Notes: generated by a model from the sequence alone, not told the origin. A DNA stretch of 64,000 bases from a bacterium (GCA_030704665.1 JAUYID010000009.1:64163-128162); one strand, 5' to 3'; shown: positions 45,098 through 54,005, numbered from the stretch's first letter. Translations and numbers: made by a program.

Positions 45098-45195
45098 AGC
45101 TTGTCATCCTGAGGCAAAGCCGAAGGATCTCCTTTGCTAAACCTGGGAGAAGCAGATTCTTCGCTGATCGCTCAGAATGACATTAGGGGAATTAA

Positions 45196-45507
45196 ATGTC
45201 TGAATTTCAAAAAGTCGCAAAACTAGATGATGTGCACGATGGTCAAATTACCTTGGCCAAGATCGGCAAGGAACAGATAGCCCTTTATCGTTTGGGCAAC
45301 GAAGTCTTGGCGACGACCAATATTTGCACCCACGAATACTGTGAGCTTGATCAAAACCACAATATTGAAGGTGAAGAGGTAGAGTGCACTTGTCACGGCA
45401 GTAAGTTCAAAATTCGCACCGGGGAAAACACTTCACCACCCGCTGCCGAGCCATTACCTATTTTTAAAACTAAAGTTGAGAACGGGGAGGTCTTTGTTGA
45501 AATATGA
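45196..45507 (+). CDS. Rieske [2Fe-2S] domain protein
   Basis: CTHEYCEL...CTCHGSKF, i.e. the CxH-x15-17-CxxH Rieske ligands. Confidence 0.75.
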   Translation: MSEFQKVAKLDDVHDGQITLAKIGKEQIALYRLGNEVLATTNICTHEYCELDQNHNIEGEEVECTCHGSKFKIRTGENTSPPAAEPLPIFKTKVENGEVFVEI

Positions 45508-45647
45508 GTAAGATTGTCGGTTTTGCAGGGTCGTTAAGAGAAAAGTCCTACAATAAAATTTTTGAAACTTCAGACCACTGTCTTCAGGTTCAAAAATCTT
45601 GCGCTTTAGCTATAGATCCCTATAGACTAAAGCTTAAAATGGCTTAG
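45504..45647 (+). pseudogene. N-terminal fragment duplicated from the downstream FMN reductase gene
   Basis: The encoded MSKIVGFAGSLREKSYNK parallels MKIIGFAGSLRSASYNK of the intact gene at 45650, then diverges to a stop after 47 codons. Confidence 0.4.
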
Positions 45648-45649
45648 TT

Positions 45650-46201
45650 ATGAAAATAATCGGATTTGCCGGGAGTCTACGCTCCGCTTCTTACAATAAA
45701 ATGGCACTTAAACTTGTTCTGGAAAAGGCGGAAGAAGACGGAGCTGAGACCGAGTTTATTGATCTGAAGCCGCTTAACATTCCTCTTTATGATGGTGATT
45801 TGGAAAAGGAAATTCAACTTCCTGACGGAATCAAATTGCTGCGAGAGAAAATCGAAGCTGCGGACGGGTTGATTATCGCAACTCCGGAGTACAATCACTC
45901 TCTTCCTGGTGTGCTTAAGAATACCCTTGATTGGATCTCCCGAACAAAATATTTTCCTGATATTTTAACTGGAAAAAAGGTCGCCCTCTTTGGGGCTTCC
46001 GATGGGAACTTTGCCACCGTGAGAGCGCAAATTGCCTTTTTTCCAATTGCCAATACCCTTGGCCTCAACTTGATGCCCTCAAAAACTTATGTGGGCAACG
46101 TTGAAGAAGTTTTTGATGAAAACGGAAAGTGTCTTGATGCAAAAGTGGAAGAAAGACTCGCCAAATTCGCGCAAAACTTCGTCAAATTTATCCAAAATTA
46201 A
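45650..46201 (+). CDS. NADPH-dependent FMN reductase-family oxidoreductase
   Basis: Flavodoxin-like fold motifs GFAGSLRSASYN and LIIATPEYNHSLPGVLKNTLDW. Confidence 0.75.
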   Translation: MKIIGFAGSLRSASYNKMALKLVLEKAEEDGAETEFIDLKPLNIPLYDGDLEKEIQLPDGIKLLREKIEAADGLIIATPEYNHSLPGVLKNTLDWISRTKYFPDILTGKKVALFGASDGNFATVRAQIAFFPIANTLGLNLMPSKTYVGNVEEVFDENGKCLDAKVEERLAKFAQNFVKFIQN

Positions 46202-46214
46202 TCAAGCAAAGGTC

Positions 46215-46262
46215 TCATAGTCATTGACTTTTGAGGCTAAGTTTGCTATAATGTTTCACATT
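46215..46262 (+). promoter_or_regulatory. consensus sigma-70 promoter module P2 (TTGACT-17-TGCTATAAT) upstream of high-GC ORF 46379
   Basis: -35 at 46224-46229 and -10 at 46247-46252. Homologous beyond the hexamers to P1 and P3. Confidence 0.5.
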
Positions 46263-46378
46263 AATTCTCCAAGCAGGCAAAGGCCCTGATTTCCTTACTT
46301 TTCCACACCTGAAGTTAATTAGATTGAATTCAGCTGTGGGGAAACAAGGAAGTCGAGTGCAACCTCAAGGAGGAGATC

Positions 46379-46774
46379 TTGAAGACCATCGTTATCGCCG
46401 CGCTCGCTTTGTTCGCGTTTCTTGGGTTTCTGGGCTACTCGTGGCTCCAGGGTTCCAAGGTCGAAAAGAGCGTGCCCGCAGAGGTGGCTGTCCAGCGCTT
46501 CTACGAGCACCAGGCGAAGTACCGTGCCAGACAGGAAGGGCCGGAGGCCTATCTAGACTATGGAGCGCGGCTAGCCTCAGCTTTGAAGGACGGCCAGCTC
46601 GCTAGCCTCAGCCAGACGGACAAAGACAAGCTTGACGCTGAGCTCTGGAAGATGCTCAACGATCTGGCCAGCGACACACTCAGCGAGACCCAGTGGTTGG
46701 TGTACCGCAGTGTACAAGACAACCTGCAAAGTTACTATGACACCCATCCTCGGGGGTCGGCCTCATCGAGATAA
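46379..46774 (+). CDS. high-GC membrane-anchored hypothetical protein (compositionally foreign cassette)
   Basis: About 58% GC. TTG start with AAGGAGG RBS. N-terminal TM helix then a soluble domain. Followed by a GC-rich 11-bp-stem hairpin (46788-46822). Confidence 0.5.
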   Translation: MKTIVIAALALFAFLGFLGYSWLQGSKVEKSVPAEVAVQRFYEHQAKYRARQEGPEAYLDYGARLASALKDGQLASLSQTDKDKLDAELWKMLNDLASDTLSETQWLVYRSVQDNLQSYYDTHPRGSASSR

Positions 46775-46877
46775 CAGTGAAAGTGATGGTTGAGCGCTTC
46801 GTGGACCCACCCCAGCCACGAAGCGCCACACCTCTAAAACTTGTGAAAGTCTCTTTCAGAGAGTAGAATAGCCACGC

Positions 46878-48206
46878 GTGAAAGCTCAAGTCCAAGTTAC
46901 AGCAAAAAAAGACCTCTTTAAATACCGGAAAGATTTTCCAATTCTAGGCCGTAAAGTACATGGTAAAGACCTGATTTATTTCGACAACGCTGCGACCAGT
47001 CAAAAACCCCAAGCCGTTATTGATGCGGTTTCCAACTACTACAAAACCAGCAACGCCAATGTTCACCGCGGTGTGCACAAACTTTCTGAAGAAGCGACTG
47101 AAGCTTATGAGCAGGCTAGAAAGAAGGTAGCTGACTTTATCAAGGGAGGAGATTCTTCCCAAATCGTTTTCACCCGCAACGCGACCGAAGCAATTAATCT
47201 GGTAGCTTACGCTTGGGGGAGAGACAATATTGAAGCTAACGACGAAATCTTACTCACTCAAATGGAGCACCACTCAAACCTAGTTCCCTGGCAAATTCTA
47301 GCTAAAGAAAAAGGGGCAAAGCTGAAATTCATCCCGATCAACGAGCAGGGTGAATTAAGAATTAAGAATGAAGAATTAAAAATTTACTTGACGCCAAAGA
47401 CAAAATTAATCTCTTTAACTCATGTTTCCAACGTCCTCGGTACCGTCAACCCTGTGAAGGACGTGATTAACGAAGCTAAAAACTTTAATCCTGAGATTAA
47501 AATTCTAGTCGATGGAGCTCAGGCAGTACCACATCTTCCAGTCTCGGTGCAGAGCCTAGGAGTCGATTTTTACGCTTTCACTGGCCACAAAATGCTTGGT
47601 CCAACCGGAATTGGGGTGCTCTGGGCAAAAAGGGAACTACTTGAAAAAATGAGACCGTTTCAGGCTGGTGGGGAGATGATTCTTGACGTTGGTTGGGAAG
47701 AGTCCAGCTACAATTACATTCCCTGGAAGTTTGAGGCGGGCACCCCCAATATTGCTGGGGCGGTTGGTCTGGGAGCTGCCGTAGACTATTTAAGCAAAGT
47801 TGGTATGAAAAATATCCGAGAACACGAAAAGGACCTAACTGAGTATGCTTTAAGAAAACTTGAATCTGTTGCCAATCTAGAAATTTATGGACCGAGAAAG
47901 CTTGATCGCAAAACGGGAGTCATCTCTTTCAACATTGTTAAAGAGGGTAAGGTAAACCCCTCACTTCGTTCAGCGACCGTATTTCCTGACGGAAAAGTGG
48001 TCATTCATCCCCATGATTTAGCTTCGATACTCGACGCTCATGGCATTGCTGTGCGCAGCGGGCACCACTGCGCAGCACCCTTGATGAAAGTTTTGGGCAT
48101 TCCAGCTGCGGCCAGAATCAGCTTTCATCTTTACAACACCAAAGAAGAAATTGACCAACTTGTGCCCGCACTTGAGAAAGCGAAGCAAATTTTTAAGATT
48201 AATTAA
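46878..48206 (+). CDS. sufS: cysteine desulfurase SufS
   Basis: Class V aminotransferase with PLP-lysine region (FYAFTGHKMLGPTGIG) and the HHCAAPL active-site Cys loop. Confidence 0.9.
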   Translation: MKAQVQVTAKKDLFKYRKDFPILGRKVHGKDLIYFDNAATSQKPQAVIDAVSNYYKTSNANVHRGVHKLSEEATEAYEQARKKVADFIKGGDSSQIVFTRNATEAINLVAYAWGRDNIEANDEILLTQMEHHSNLVPWQILAKEKGAKLKFIPINEQGELRIKNEELKIYLTPKTKLISLTHVSNVLGTVNPVKDVINEAKNFNPEIKILVDGAQAVPHLPVSVQSLGVDFYAFTGHKMLGPTGIGVLWAKRELLEKMRPFQAGGEMILDVGWEESSYNYIPWKFEAGTPNIAGAVGLGAAVDYLSKVGMKNIREHEKDLTEYALRKLESVANLEIYGPRKLDRKTGVISFNIVKEGKVNPSLRSATVFPDGKVVIHPHDLASILDAHGIAVRSGHHCAAPLMKVLGIPAAARISFHLYNTKEEIDQLVPALEKAKQIFKIN

Positions 48207-48207
48207 A

Positions 48208-48576
48208 ATGGAAGACCAACTCTACCGAGAAGTTATACTCGAACGTTTTTCCAATCCAGTCAATCAAGGGATGCTTGAAAAGCCGGACTTGGAGGCTGTT
48301 TTGCTCAACCCACTCTGTGGTGATGAAGTGCGTTTGCAAGTTAAGCTAAACGGAACCAAGGTAAGTCAAGCCCGCTTTTCGGGAAACGGTTGCGCCATCT
48401 CCCAGGTTTCAGCCTCACTTCTAGCAGAGTATTTGGAAGGTAAAAATTTAAGCGCAGCAAAAAAGATAACCCCAGACAAACTTCTTTCTCTGCTCGAGAT
48501 CAAACCCAGCCCCGCTCGTTTGAGTTGCGCTTTGCTTTCTCTGGAAACCCTAAAGAAAGCCCTGCAACCTAGTTAA
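48208..48576 (+). CDS. sufU: SufU/IscU-like Fe-S scaffold protein
   Basis: Conserved Cys motifs NPLCGDEV and GNGCAIS. Start at ATG 48208, just after the sufS stop. Confidence 0.75.
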   Translation: MEDQLYREVILERFSNPVNQGMLEKPDLEAVLLNPLCGDEVRLQVKLNGTKVSQARFSGNGCAISQVSASLLAEYLEGKNLSAAKKITPDKLLSLLEIKPSPARLSCALLSLETLKKALQPS

Positions 48577-48603
48577 TTATCTTCTGCTATACTAAAAATA
48601 GCT

Positions 48604-49839
48604 ATGGAACAGGTTAAATACTTAATTATTGGTGGCGGTATTGCCGGTACGAACGCAGCTGAAATGATCCGTCGTCTCGATCCTTCAGGATCAATCCTCA
48701 TTGTCACAGAAGAAAAAGACCTACTTTACTCACGAGTCATGCTACCTGATTTTCTGCGTGACGAAGTTCCCTACGAAAAGATTTTTCTGCGCAAGGCGCA
48801 GGATTATCAAAAAAACCAGATTGGGCTGAAGCTAAACGAGCCGGTTTCGAAGGTTAACGCAAAGGAAAAGAAAATCACTCTAGCCTCTGGAGAGGAGATA
48901 GAGGCGGAGAAAATTCTGGTCGCCTCGGGAGGAAAAGTGAACAAACTGAAAAACCCAGGATCAGACTTAGCTGGAGTCAGCTATTTGCGCACCACTGAGG
49001 ATGCGCAACAAGCAAAAGATTGGCTCCGAACCTCGCAAGAAGCAGTTGTGGTTGGAGGAGGTTTCATTGGAATTGAATTTGCCAAAACTTTTCGCCAGCA
49101 CAATTTGCAGACAAAAGCCTTGATCATGGAGAAGTATTTTTGGGAGGCAGTGGTGGGTGAAAATTCTGGTAAATTGCTAACCGAGCTACTTCAAGAAAAT
49201 GGAATTGAAGTTGTCGCTGGGGTCCAAGTTGGCCAATTTATTGGCCAAAACCGTTTAGAAAAAGTCAAACTGAACAACAACCAGGAGATCCCAGCCCAAA
49301 TTGCCGGAGTGGGGATTGGCATTCATTTGGATTTGGATCACTTGCAAGACTCAGGTCTCAAGATTAACAAAGGAGTAGTCACAGACCAGTATTTGCAAAC
49401 TTCGGCCCCAGATATTTGGGCTGCCGGTGATATTGCTGAATTTTATGACCCTATTTTCGATAAGTACCATACTCTAGGCAACTGGACCAATTCTTCTGCT
49501 CAAGGCCGGGTCGTAGGTGCGAATATGGTGGGTCAGAAGCAAGTTTTTGAGACCTTAAGTACATACTCAATTGATGTTTTTGGCTCAAGCTTTACTTTTT
49601 TGGGTGATCCGGCCGTGGATGAGCAAACTGAAGTAGTTGAACGTGGTAGCCTGACGGATAAGAAATTGGGTAGAATTTTGCTTCGCAATGACGTTGTTGT
49701 TGGTGCTTCTCTCATCAATCTTAATCATGACCGAGCGGCTTTGAACAAACTTATTAAAGAAAAGACGAAGGTAGCTACTTCAAAAGAACAATTAAAAGAC
49801 CCAAAATTCGATCTTCTGAGCTTACTCAACACCCTATAG
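48604..49839 (+). CDS. FAD-dependent pyridine nucleotide-disulfide oxidoreductase
   Basis: N-terminal GGGIAG FAD Rossmann. Second VVGGGFIGIE NAD(P) Rossmann. AAGDIAE FAD-binding motif. Confidence 0.75.
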   Translation: MEQVKYLIIGGGIAGTNAAEMIRRLDPSGSILIVTEEKDLLYSRVMLPDFLRDEVPYEKIFLRKAQDYQKNQIGLKLNEPVSKVNAKEKKITLASGEEIEAEKILVASGGKVNKLKNPGSDLAGVSYLRTTEDAQQAKDWLRTSQEAVVVGGGFIGIEFAKTFRQHNLQTKALIMEKYFWEAVVGENSGKLLTELLQENGIEVVAGVQVGQFIGQNRLEKVKLNNNQEIPAQIAGVGIGIHLDLDHLQDSGLKINKGVVTDQYLQTSAPDIWAAGDIAEFYDPIFDKYHTLGNWTNSSAQGRVVGANMVGQKQVFETLSTYSIDVFGSSFTFLGDPAVDEQTEVVERGSLTDKKLGRILLRNDVVVGASLINLNHDRAALNKLIKEKTKVATSKEQLKDPKFDLLSLLNTL

Positions 49840-49881
49840 TACTTGACTTTTAACCCTATTTTTGCTATAATATTTCACATT
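49833..49881 (+). promoter_or_regulatory. consensus sigma-70 promoter module P3 (TTGACT-17-TGCTATAAT) upstream of high-GC ORF 49927
   Basis: -35 at 49843-49848 and -10 at 49866-49871. Followed by the leader hairpin AAGTCG..CGACTT plus T-tract and the RBS AAGGAGGG. Confidence 0.5.
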
Positions 49882-49926
49882 GAAGTCGGCAAACGTCGAC
49901 TTTTTGTTTCCTTAAGGAGGGAGCAC

Positions 49927-50634
49927 ATGCGATCGTTGGTCATCAAAGTGACCGCCCCGCTGGCGATCATCATGACGCTAGTGTGGTTGACTTTTTCGGC
50001 ATCCTCGGCCTTGGCTTGGGAAGTCGAAGTCGAGTGTCGCGACGGTTTCGTCGGCGGCAGCATCCATGTCCCGGAGGCGAGTAGCTTCGACATTTATGTC
50101 GAGGATCACGTCCCTGGTAAGGGCTGGCTGGAGGTTCCAGGCAGTCGCGATGAGATTACCGTCGCCGAGGGTAAGGAGGGTTTCGTGCCTTTCGGACCAC
50201 TTGACGTTCGGGCTCATCGTGATGGTGCTGATCTTCTCAAGATCGCTCAGACAGCGGACGATACTCCCTACGAGCCGTTCGACGTTTGTGACGCACCTGA
50301 ACCGACCTCAACTACAGTCCCACCGACGAGTACTCCGAGCCCGACCTTCACCGCGACGGCTACGAGAGCTCCGAGGACGGCCACGAAGACCGCAGTCCCT
50401 CCGACCGCGACTTCAACGCCTTGGGGAAGTGTGGGTGAGCCGGGTTTGTCGATCACTCCCGAGCCAACGTCCACGACCGCACCAGCACCGCCAGCCATCA
50501 AGCTGCCGGCCGCAGGAACAGGGGCTGATCGAGTAGCGAAGAGGCAAGTCGTACCCTACATGGTCATCGGCTTCGCCGGCATCTTCCTTCTCATGGCCGG
50601 GTCACTGCGACGCAACAACCGACGGCGTCGTTAA
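49927..50634 (+). CDS. high-GC secreted Thr/Pro-rich protein with a C-terminal LPAAG-type cell-wall sorting signal
   Basis: Signal peptide, globular N-domain and T/P-rich linker. C-terminus is LPAAGTG + a hydrophobic stretch + RRNNRRRR, the tripartite sortase-substrate architecture. About 62% GC. Confidence 0.55.
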   Translation: MRSLVIKVTAPLAIIMTLVWLTFSASSALAWEVEVECRDGFVGGSIHVPEASSFDIYVEDHVPGKGWLEVPGSRDEITVAEGKEGFVPFGPLDVRAHRDGADLLKIAQTADDTPYEPFDVCDAPEPTSTTVPPTSTPSPTFTATATRAPRTATKTAVPPTATSTPWGSVGEPGLSITPEPTSTTAPAPPAIKLPAAGTGADRVAKRQVVPYMVIGFAGIFLLMAGSLRRNNRRRR

Positions 50635-50660
50635 GCGAAATTATCCTTGAGTCGGTTTTG

Positions 50661-50716
50661 ATCGGGTCGTCCACTGTAAGCCTCTTTCTAAGAGCAAGTG
50701 GACGGCCCGATTTTCG
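50661..50716 (+). terminator. long GC-rich two-level hairpin plus T-tract, 3' of the high-GC cassette
   Basis: ATCGGGTCGTCCACT...AGTGGACGGCCCGAT outer stem (one G:U). Inner CTCTT/AAGAG hairpin. Followed by TTTTCG. Confidence 0.45.
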
Positions 50717-50754
50717 TATTTGACAGCTTTCCCCCCAACGTTTAGGATAGATTT

Positions 50755-51147
50755 ATGGCCGATCTTTCTGGAAAAAAAGTTCTAGTGGTTGATGATGAAG
50801 ACTCAATTCGTGAGATTTATCGTCGTGAACTGCAAACCCACGGTTTTGAAGTAGTTGTAGCGGCCGATGGGGAAGAGGGTTTACTGAAAGCGGGGGAGGC
50901 GATTCCCGACATTATTTTACTCGACATTATGCTTCCCAAGATGAGTGGTATTGACGTTCTCAAAGCTCTCAAAGAAAATCAACTGACCAAGAACGTTCCA
51001 GTTCTACTGCTGACCAATCTTGGTGAAGAAACAATCATCAAAGAGGGTTTTGAGCTGGGCGCAGACGGGTATCTCCTCAAAGTTTCTTACACTCCCGCCC
51101 AAGTCGTCGACGAGGTCACCAAGTTTTTGTCAGACAACAATTCCTAA
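50755..51147 (+). CDS. stand-alone response-regulator receiver domain protein (CheY-like)
   Basis: Receiver-domain signature: acidic pocket VLVVDDED, phospho-acceptor Asp in ILLDIMLP, conserved Thr/Lys (LLLTNL, YLLK). No output domain. Confidence 0.8.
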   Translation: MADLSGKKVLVVDDEDSIREIYRRELQTHGFEVVVAADGEEGLLKAGEAIPDIILLDIMLPKMSGIDVLKALKENQLTKNVPVLLLTNLGEETIIKEGFELGADGYLLKVSYTPAQVVDEVTKFLSDNNS

Positions 51148-51153
51148 ATTTCC

Positions 51154-51966
51154 ATGAGTAATTTTGAATTTCGTCAGGATCCTTTAAATCGGGATTGGGT
51201 TATCATTGCACCGTTGCGCTCAAAAAGACCTGATGTCGCCAAAGGCTCGGAACCGGTTTGTCCTTTTTGTGAAGGTAATGAGGCGCTGACTCCCCGAGAG
51301 GTTTACCGTCTTGGCAAAGGCAGGGTGAACAAGCCTGGGTGGGAGATAAGAGTTACTCCCAACAAATTTCCCTTCGCTCCAATTCACGAAGTAGTGATTC
51401 ACAGCCCACGACACGAGGAGAATTTTTTTACCTTTAGCAAAAGTAAATTGATCAAGATTTTTAAAGTTTACAGGCAGCGGTACTTAGAACACCAAAGTAA
51501 GGGACAAGTTTTTATCTTTCACAATTTTGGCAAAGAGGGAGCTGAATCATTGCCTCACTCTCACACTCAAATTGCGGTCATACCTTCAGAATTAACTTTG
51601 AGAATACCTTTGATGGGAATCCAGGAAAACACTTTTCGAGCAACAAAATACTTCAATCTCTTTTGCCCAGAAGCTAGTCATTGGCCCGCTGAAGTTTGGA
51701 TTGGTCCCAAAGCAAGAGGCGAAAGTTTCGGCTCAATCTCTCCTTCGCAAACTGAAGACTTGGCCAAGGCGGTAGCTTTAGTTTTAAAAAAACTGGAAAA
51801 ATTTCTTCGTCCAGAGTTTCCTTTCAACTTTTACATTTATCCCGCCGGGGATTGGTACTTGCGGATCATTCCTCGTCTCAAAGTGCTCGGTGGTTTTGAG
51901 ATTGGGACTAATGTTTTTGTAAATACCGCCGACCCAGTTTCAACCGCCAAGGCTTTGGGGCGTTAG
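51154..51966 (+). CDS. galT: galactose-1-phosphate uridylyltransferase-like HIT-family protein (GalT)
   Basis: Zn motif CPFCEGNE. HIT-like active site HSHTQI (HxHxQ). Confidence 0.7.
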   Translation: MSNFEFRQDPLNRDWVIIAPLRSKRPDVAKGSEPVCPFCEGNEALTPREVYRLGKGRVNKPGWEIRVTPNKFPFAPIHEVVIHSPRHEENFFTFSKSKLIKIFKVYRQRYLEHQSKGQVFIFHNFGKEGAESLPHSHTQIAVIPSELTLRIPLMGIQENTFRATKYFNLFCPEASHWPAEVWIGPKARGESFGSISPSQTEDLAKAVALVLKKLEKFLRPEFPFNFYIYPAGDWYLRIIPRLKVLGGFEIGTNVFVNTADPVSTAKALGR

Positions 51967-52007
51967 ACCCTTCCCAAACCCCCTCTGAGGCTCTAAAATA
52001 GTTCCTT

Positions 52008-52304
52008 ATGATCAGTAAAGAAGATGTGGTGAACCAGCTAAAAACTGTCAATGACCCGGAGCTCGGAATTAACATTGTTGATCTCGGTTTGGTTTATGAG
52101 GTAAGAACCAAAAACAATAATGTTTTTGTTCTCTTGACGCTAACTTTTCCAGGTTGTCCTTTTGGAACAATAGTCAACGAAGAAGTAAACAAAGCTCTTT
52201 CCGCATTAAAGAAGGTGGGGAAAATAAGTTTAAAAATCACTTTTGATCCGCCTTGGGATCTTACTAAAGTCAGTCCGGAGGCGGCCGCCGAAATAGGTAT
52301 TTGA
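52008..52304 (+). CDS. DUF59/MIP18-family Fe-S cluster assembly protein (SufT-like)
   Basis: NDPELGINIVDLGLVYEV and TFPGCP are hallmark DUF59 motifs. Confidence 0.7.
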   Translation: MISKEDVVNQLKTVNDPELGINIVDLGLVYEVRTKNNNVFVLLTLTFPGCPFGTIVNEEVNKALSALKKVGKISLKITFDPPWDLTKVSPEAAAEIGI

Positions 52305-53287
52305 AAATGATCAACTTAGTTGATATTTTTGTCTTGGGTGTTTTAATATTTTTTGCTTGGCAAGGTTTTCACACTGGCCTTCTCGGAGGAGTGCTCAACC
52401 TTTTGACTACTGGACTAGCTTTCTTGCTAGCACTTTTGCTCTACCCGTATTTGGGTAGTTTTCTTTCTCAAAGGTTCGATATTGCTGAGAACTTTACTTT
52501 GATAGTGAGTTTCTTCTTTATTTTAGTTTTTAGTGAGATTACCTTTGGTTTTTTGGCTACTTTGATTTACAAACACTTAGTTAGCCCACTGCACAAACGT
52601 TTTCGATCCTTATTAAAAATCGATAAAATTCTTGGCATCATACCCTCTTTGTTTGTCGGAGCCATCCTAGCAAGCCTTTTTTTGCTCCTTCCACTTTTAC
52701 TGCCGGTGACTCCAGGCTTGAGGAGCAATATTGCAGATTCGTTTTGGGGCGAAAAAGTTTTGTCACCTTTGGTTACCAACCAGCGAAAATTCGAAAAGTT
52801 TCTCAATCGTCTCCCTTACCAAAACTTGATTTATTTATTGACTCCAAGTCCAGAATCACAAGAAACAGTCAAACTCTCAATTCCAGCCAAGACTAACTTT
52901 AAAGTTGATAGTGAATCTGAAAAAAGGATGTTTTCTTTAGTAAATAAAGAGCGTAAAGCCAGAGGGTTAAAAGAACTACTTTTTGATAGTGCGTTGCGAG
53001 AGGTCGCTCGCGACCACTGCCTCGATATGTTTAAGCGTAGCTATTTCTCCCATTACACCCCGGAAGGCAAATCTCCTTTTGACCGGATGAAAGAGGCGGG
53101 AATCACTTATTTGGTAGCGGGAGAAAACCTCGCCTATGCCGCCTCTGTTGAAGTAGCTCATCAAGGTTTGATGAATTCGCAGGGCCACCGGGAAAATATT
53201 TTGCGGGGCGAGTTTGGTCATCTTGGAGTCGGGGTAATTGACGGCGGACTCTCCGGGAAAATATTTTGCCAAGAGTTCAAAGACTGA
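52301..53287 (+). CDS. CvpA-family membrane domain fused to a C-terminal CAP (SCP/PR-1, YkwD-like) domain
   Basis: N-terminal 4-TM CvpA-like region. C-terminal CAP motifs HYTPEGKSPFDRM, GENLAY and HRENIL. Confidence 0.6.
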   Translation: MKMINLVDIFVLGVLIFFAWQGFHTGLLGGVLNLLTTGLAFLLALLLYPYLGSFLSQRFDIAENFTLIVSFFFILVFSEITFGFLATLIYKHLVSPLHKRFRSLLKIDKILGIIPSLFVGAILASLFLLLPLLLPVTPGLRSNIADSFWGEKVLSPLVTNQRKFEKFLNRLPYQNLIYLLTPSPESQETVKLSIPAKTNFKVDSESEKRMFSLVNKERKARGLKELLFDSALREVARDHCLDMFKRSYFSHYTPEGKSPFDRMKEAGITYLVAGENLAYAASVEVAHQGLMNSQGHRENILRGEFGHLGVGVIDGGLSGKIFCQEFKD

Positions 53288-53305
53288 AGTTGTTATAATC
53301 AAGCC

Positions 53306-53761
53306 ATGAATTACTTGAACAAGCAAATTAAGAAAAACCCCCTATTCTTTGCCCTTCTTTTACCAGCCCTAACAGATTCTATAATTACTTTATTAGGCCA
53401 AAGTCAGGCGTATTGGAACGGTTCAAAAACTGTAAATGAAGCAAGCCCAGCTTATTATTTTCTTCTAGCCTCGCCTTGGGTTTATTTAGTGGCGGTTATT
53501 GTATGGTTCATTTTCTGGTACTGGGTTTTTAAGAAGATAAAAGAACCGGCTAACCTGTTTTTAATGTTTGTTTTTATCGTTGGTCACGCTTGGGGCAGCT
53601 CAACTTGGATAAAAAAGCTTCTAATTGAAAATGGTCTTTACACAGTTGAGAATCAAAGCCGAACGATACTGGGTTGGAGCTTGTTGATGCTTTACTTTGT
53701 TGTAATTGCCGTTTTAGCAACCTACTGTTTAAAAATATATATGGAGAGTAGAAAAAAATGA
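53306..53761 (+). CDS. hypothetical membrane protein
   Basis: 151 aa with four TM helices. Confidence 0.4.
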   Translation: MNYLNKQIKKNPLFFALLLPALTDSIITLLGQSQAYWNGSKTVNEASPAYYFLLASPWVYLVAVIVWFIFWYWVFKKIKEPANLFLMFVFIVGHAWGSSTWIKKLLIENGLYTVENQSRTILGWSLLMLYFVVIAVLATYCLKIYMESRKK

Positions 53762-53977
53762 CTGACAAGCTTGTCTGTTGCAATCCCTTTTGACTAGGAC
53801 TAATCTTAAAGACGAATCCATAACTAATTTATAAGGCCTTCTAGGTTTATCAACAAAAGGAGGTAGTTATGGAGAGAAGTCCCCCGGTTTGATTTCACTC
53901 AAATCAAGCGGGACCAGGAATTTCTTGATTGTCTTGAGAGGAAATTCCTGGGCAATTATTTCAATAAATTACAAATC

Positions 53978-54005
53978 CCCGAAGTCACTCTTCGGGTTTT
54001 TGTTT
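53978..54005 (+). terminator. rho-independent terminator
   Basis: CCCGAAG-TCACT-CTTCGGG followed by TTTTTGTTTT. Confidence 0.55.

Noticed and set aside
46319-46605. Overlapping ORFs 46324-46605 (+) and 46319-46510 (-)
   Set aside because: They are alternate frames of the high-GC cassette. The frame starting at TTG 46379 has an RBS and a clean TM-anchored product.
49875-50536. ORFs 49875-50093 (-), 49978-50217 (-), 50066-50536 (+) and 50268-50501 (-)
   Set aside because: They are alternate-frame ORFs inside the high-GC LPAAG-protein gene, and their products are Arg/Pro-rich.
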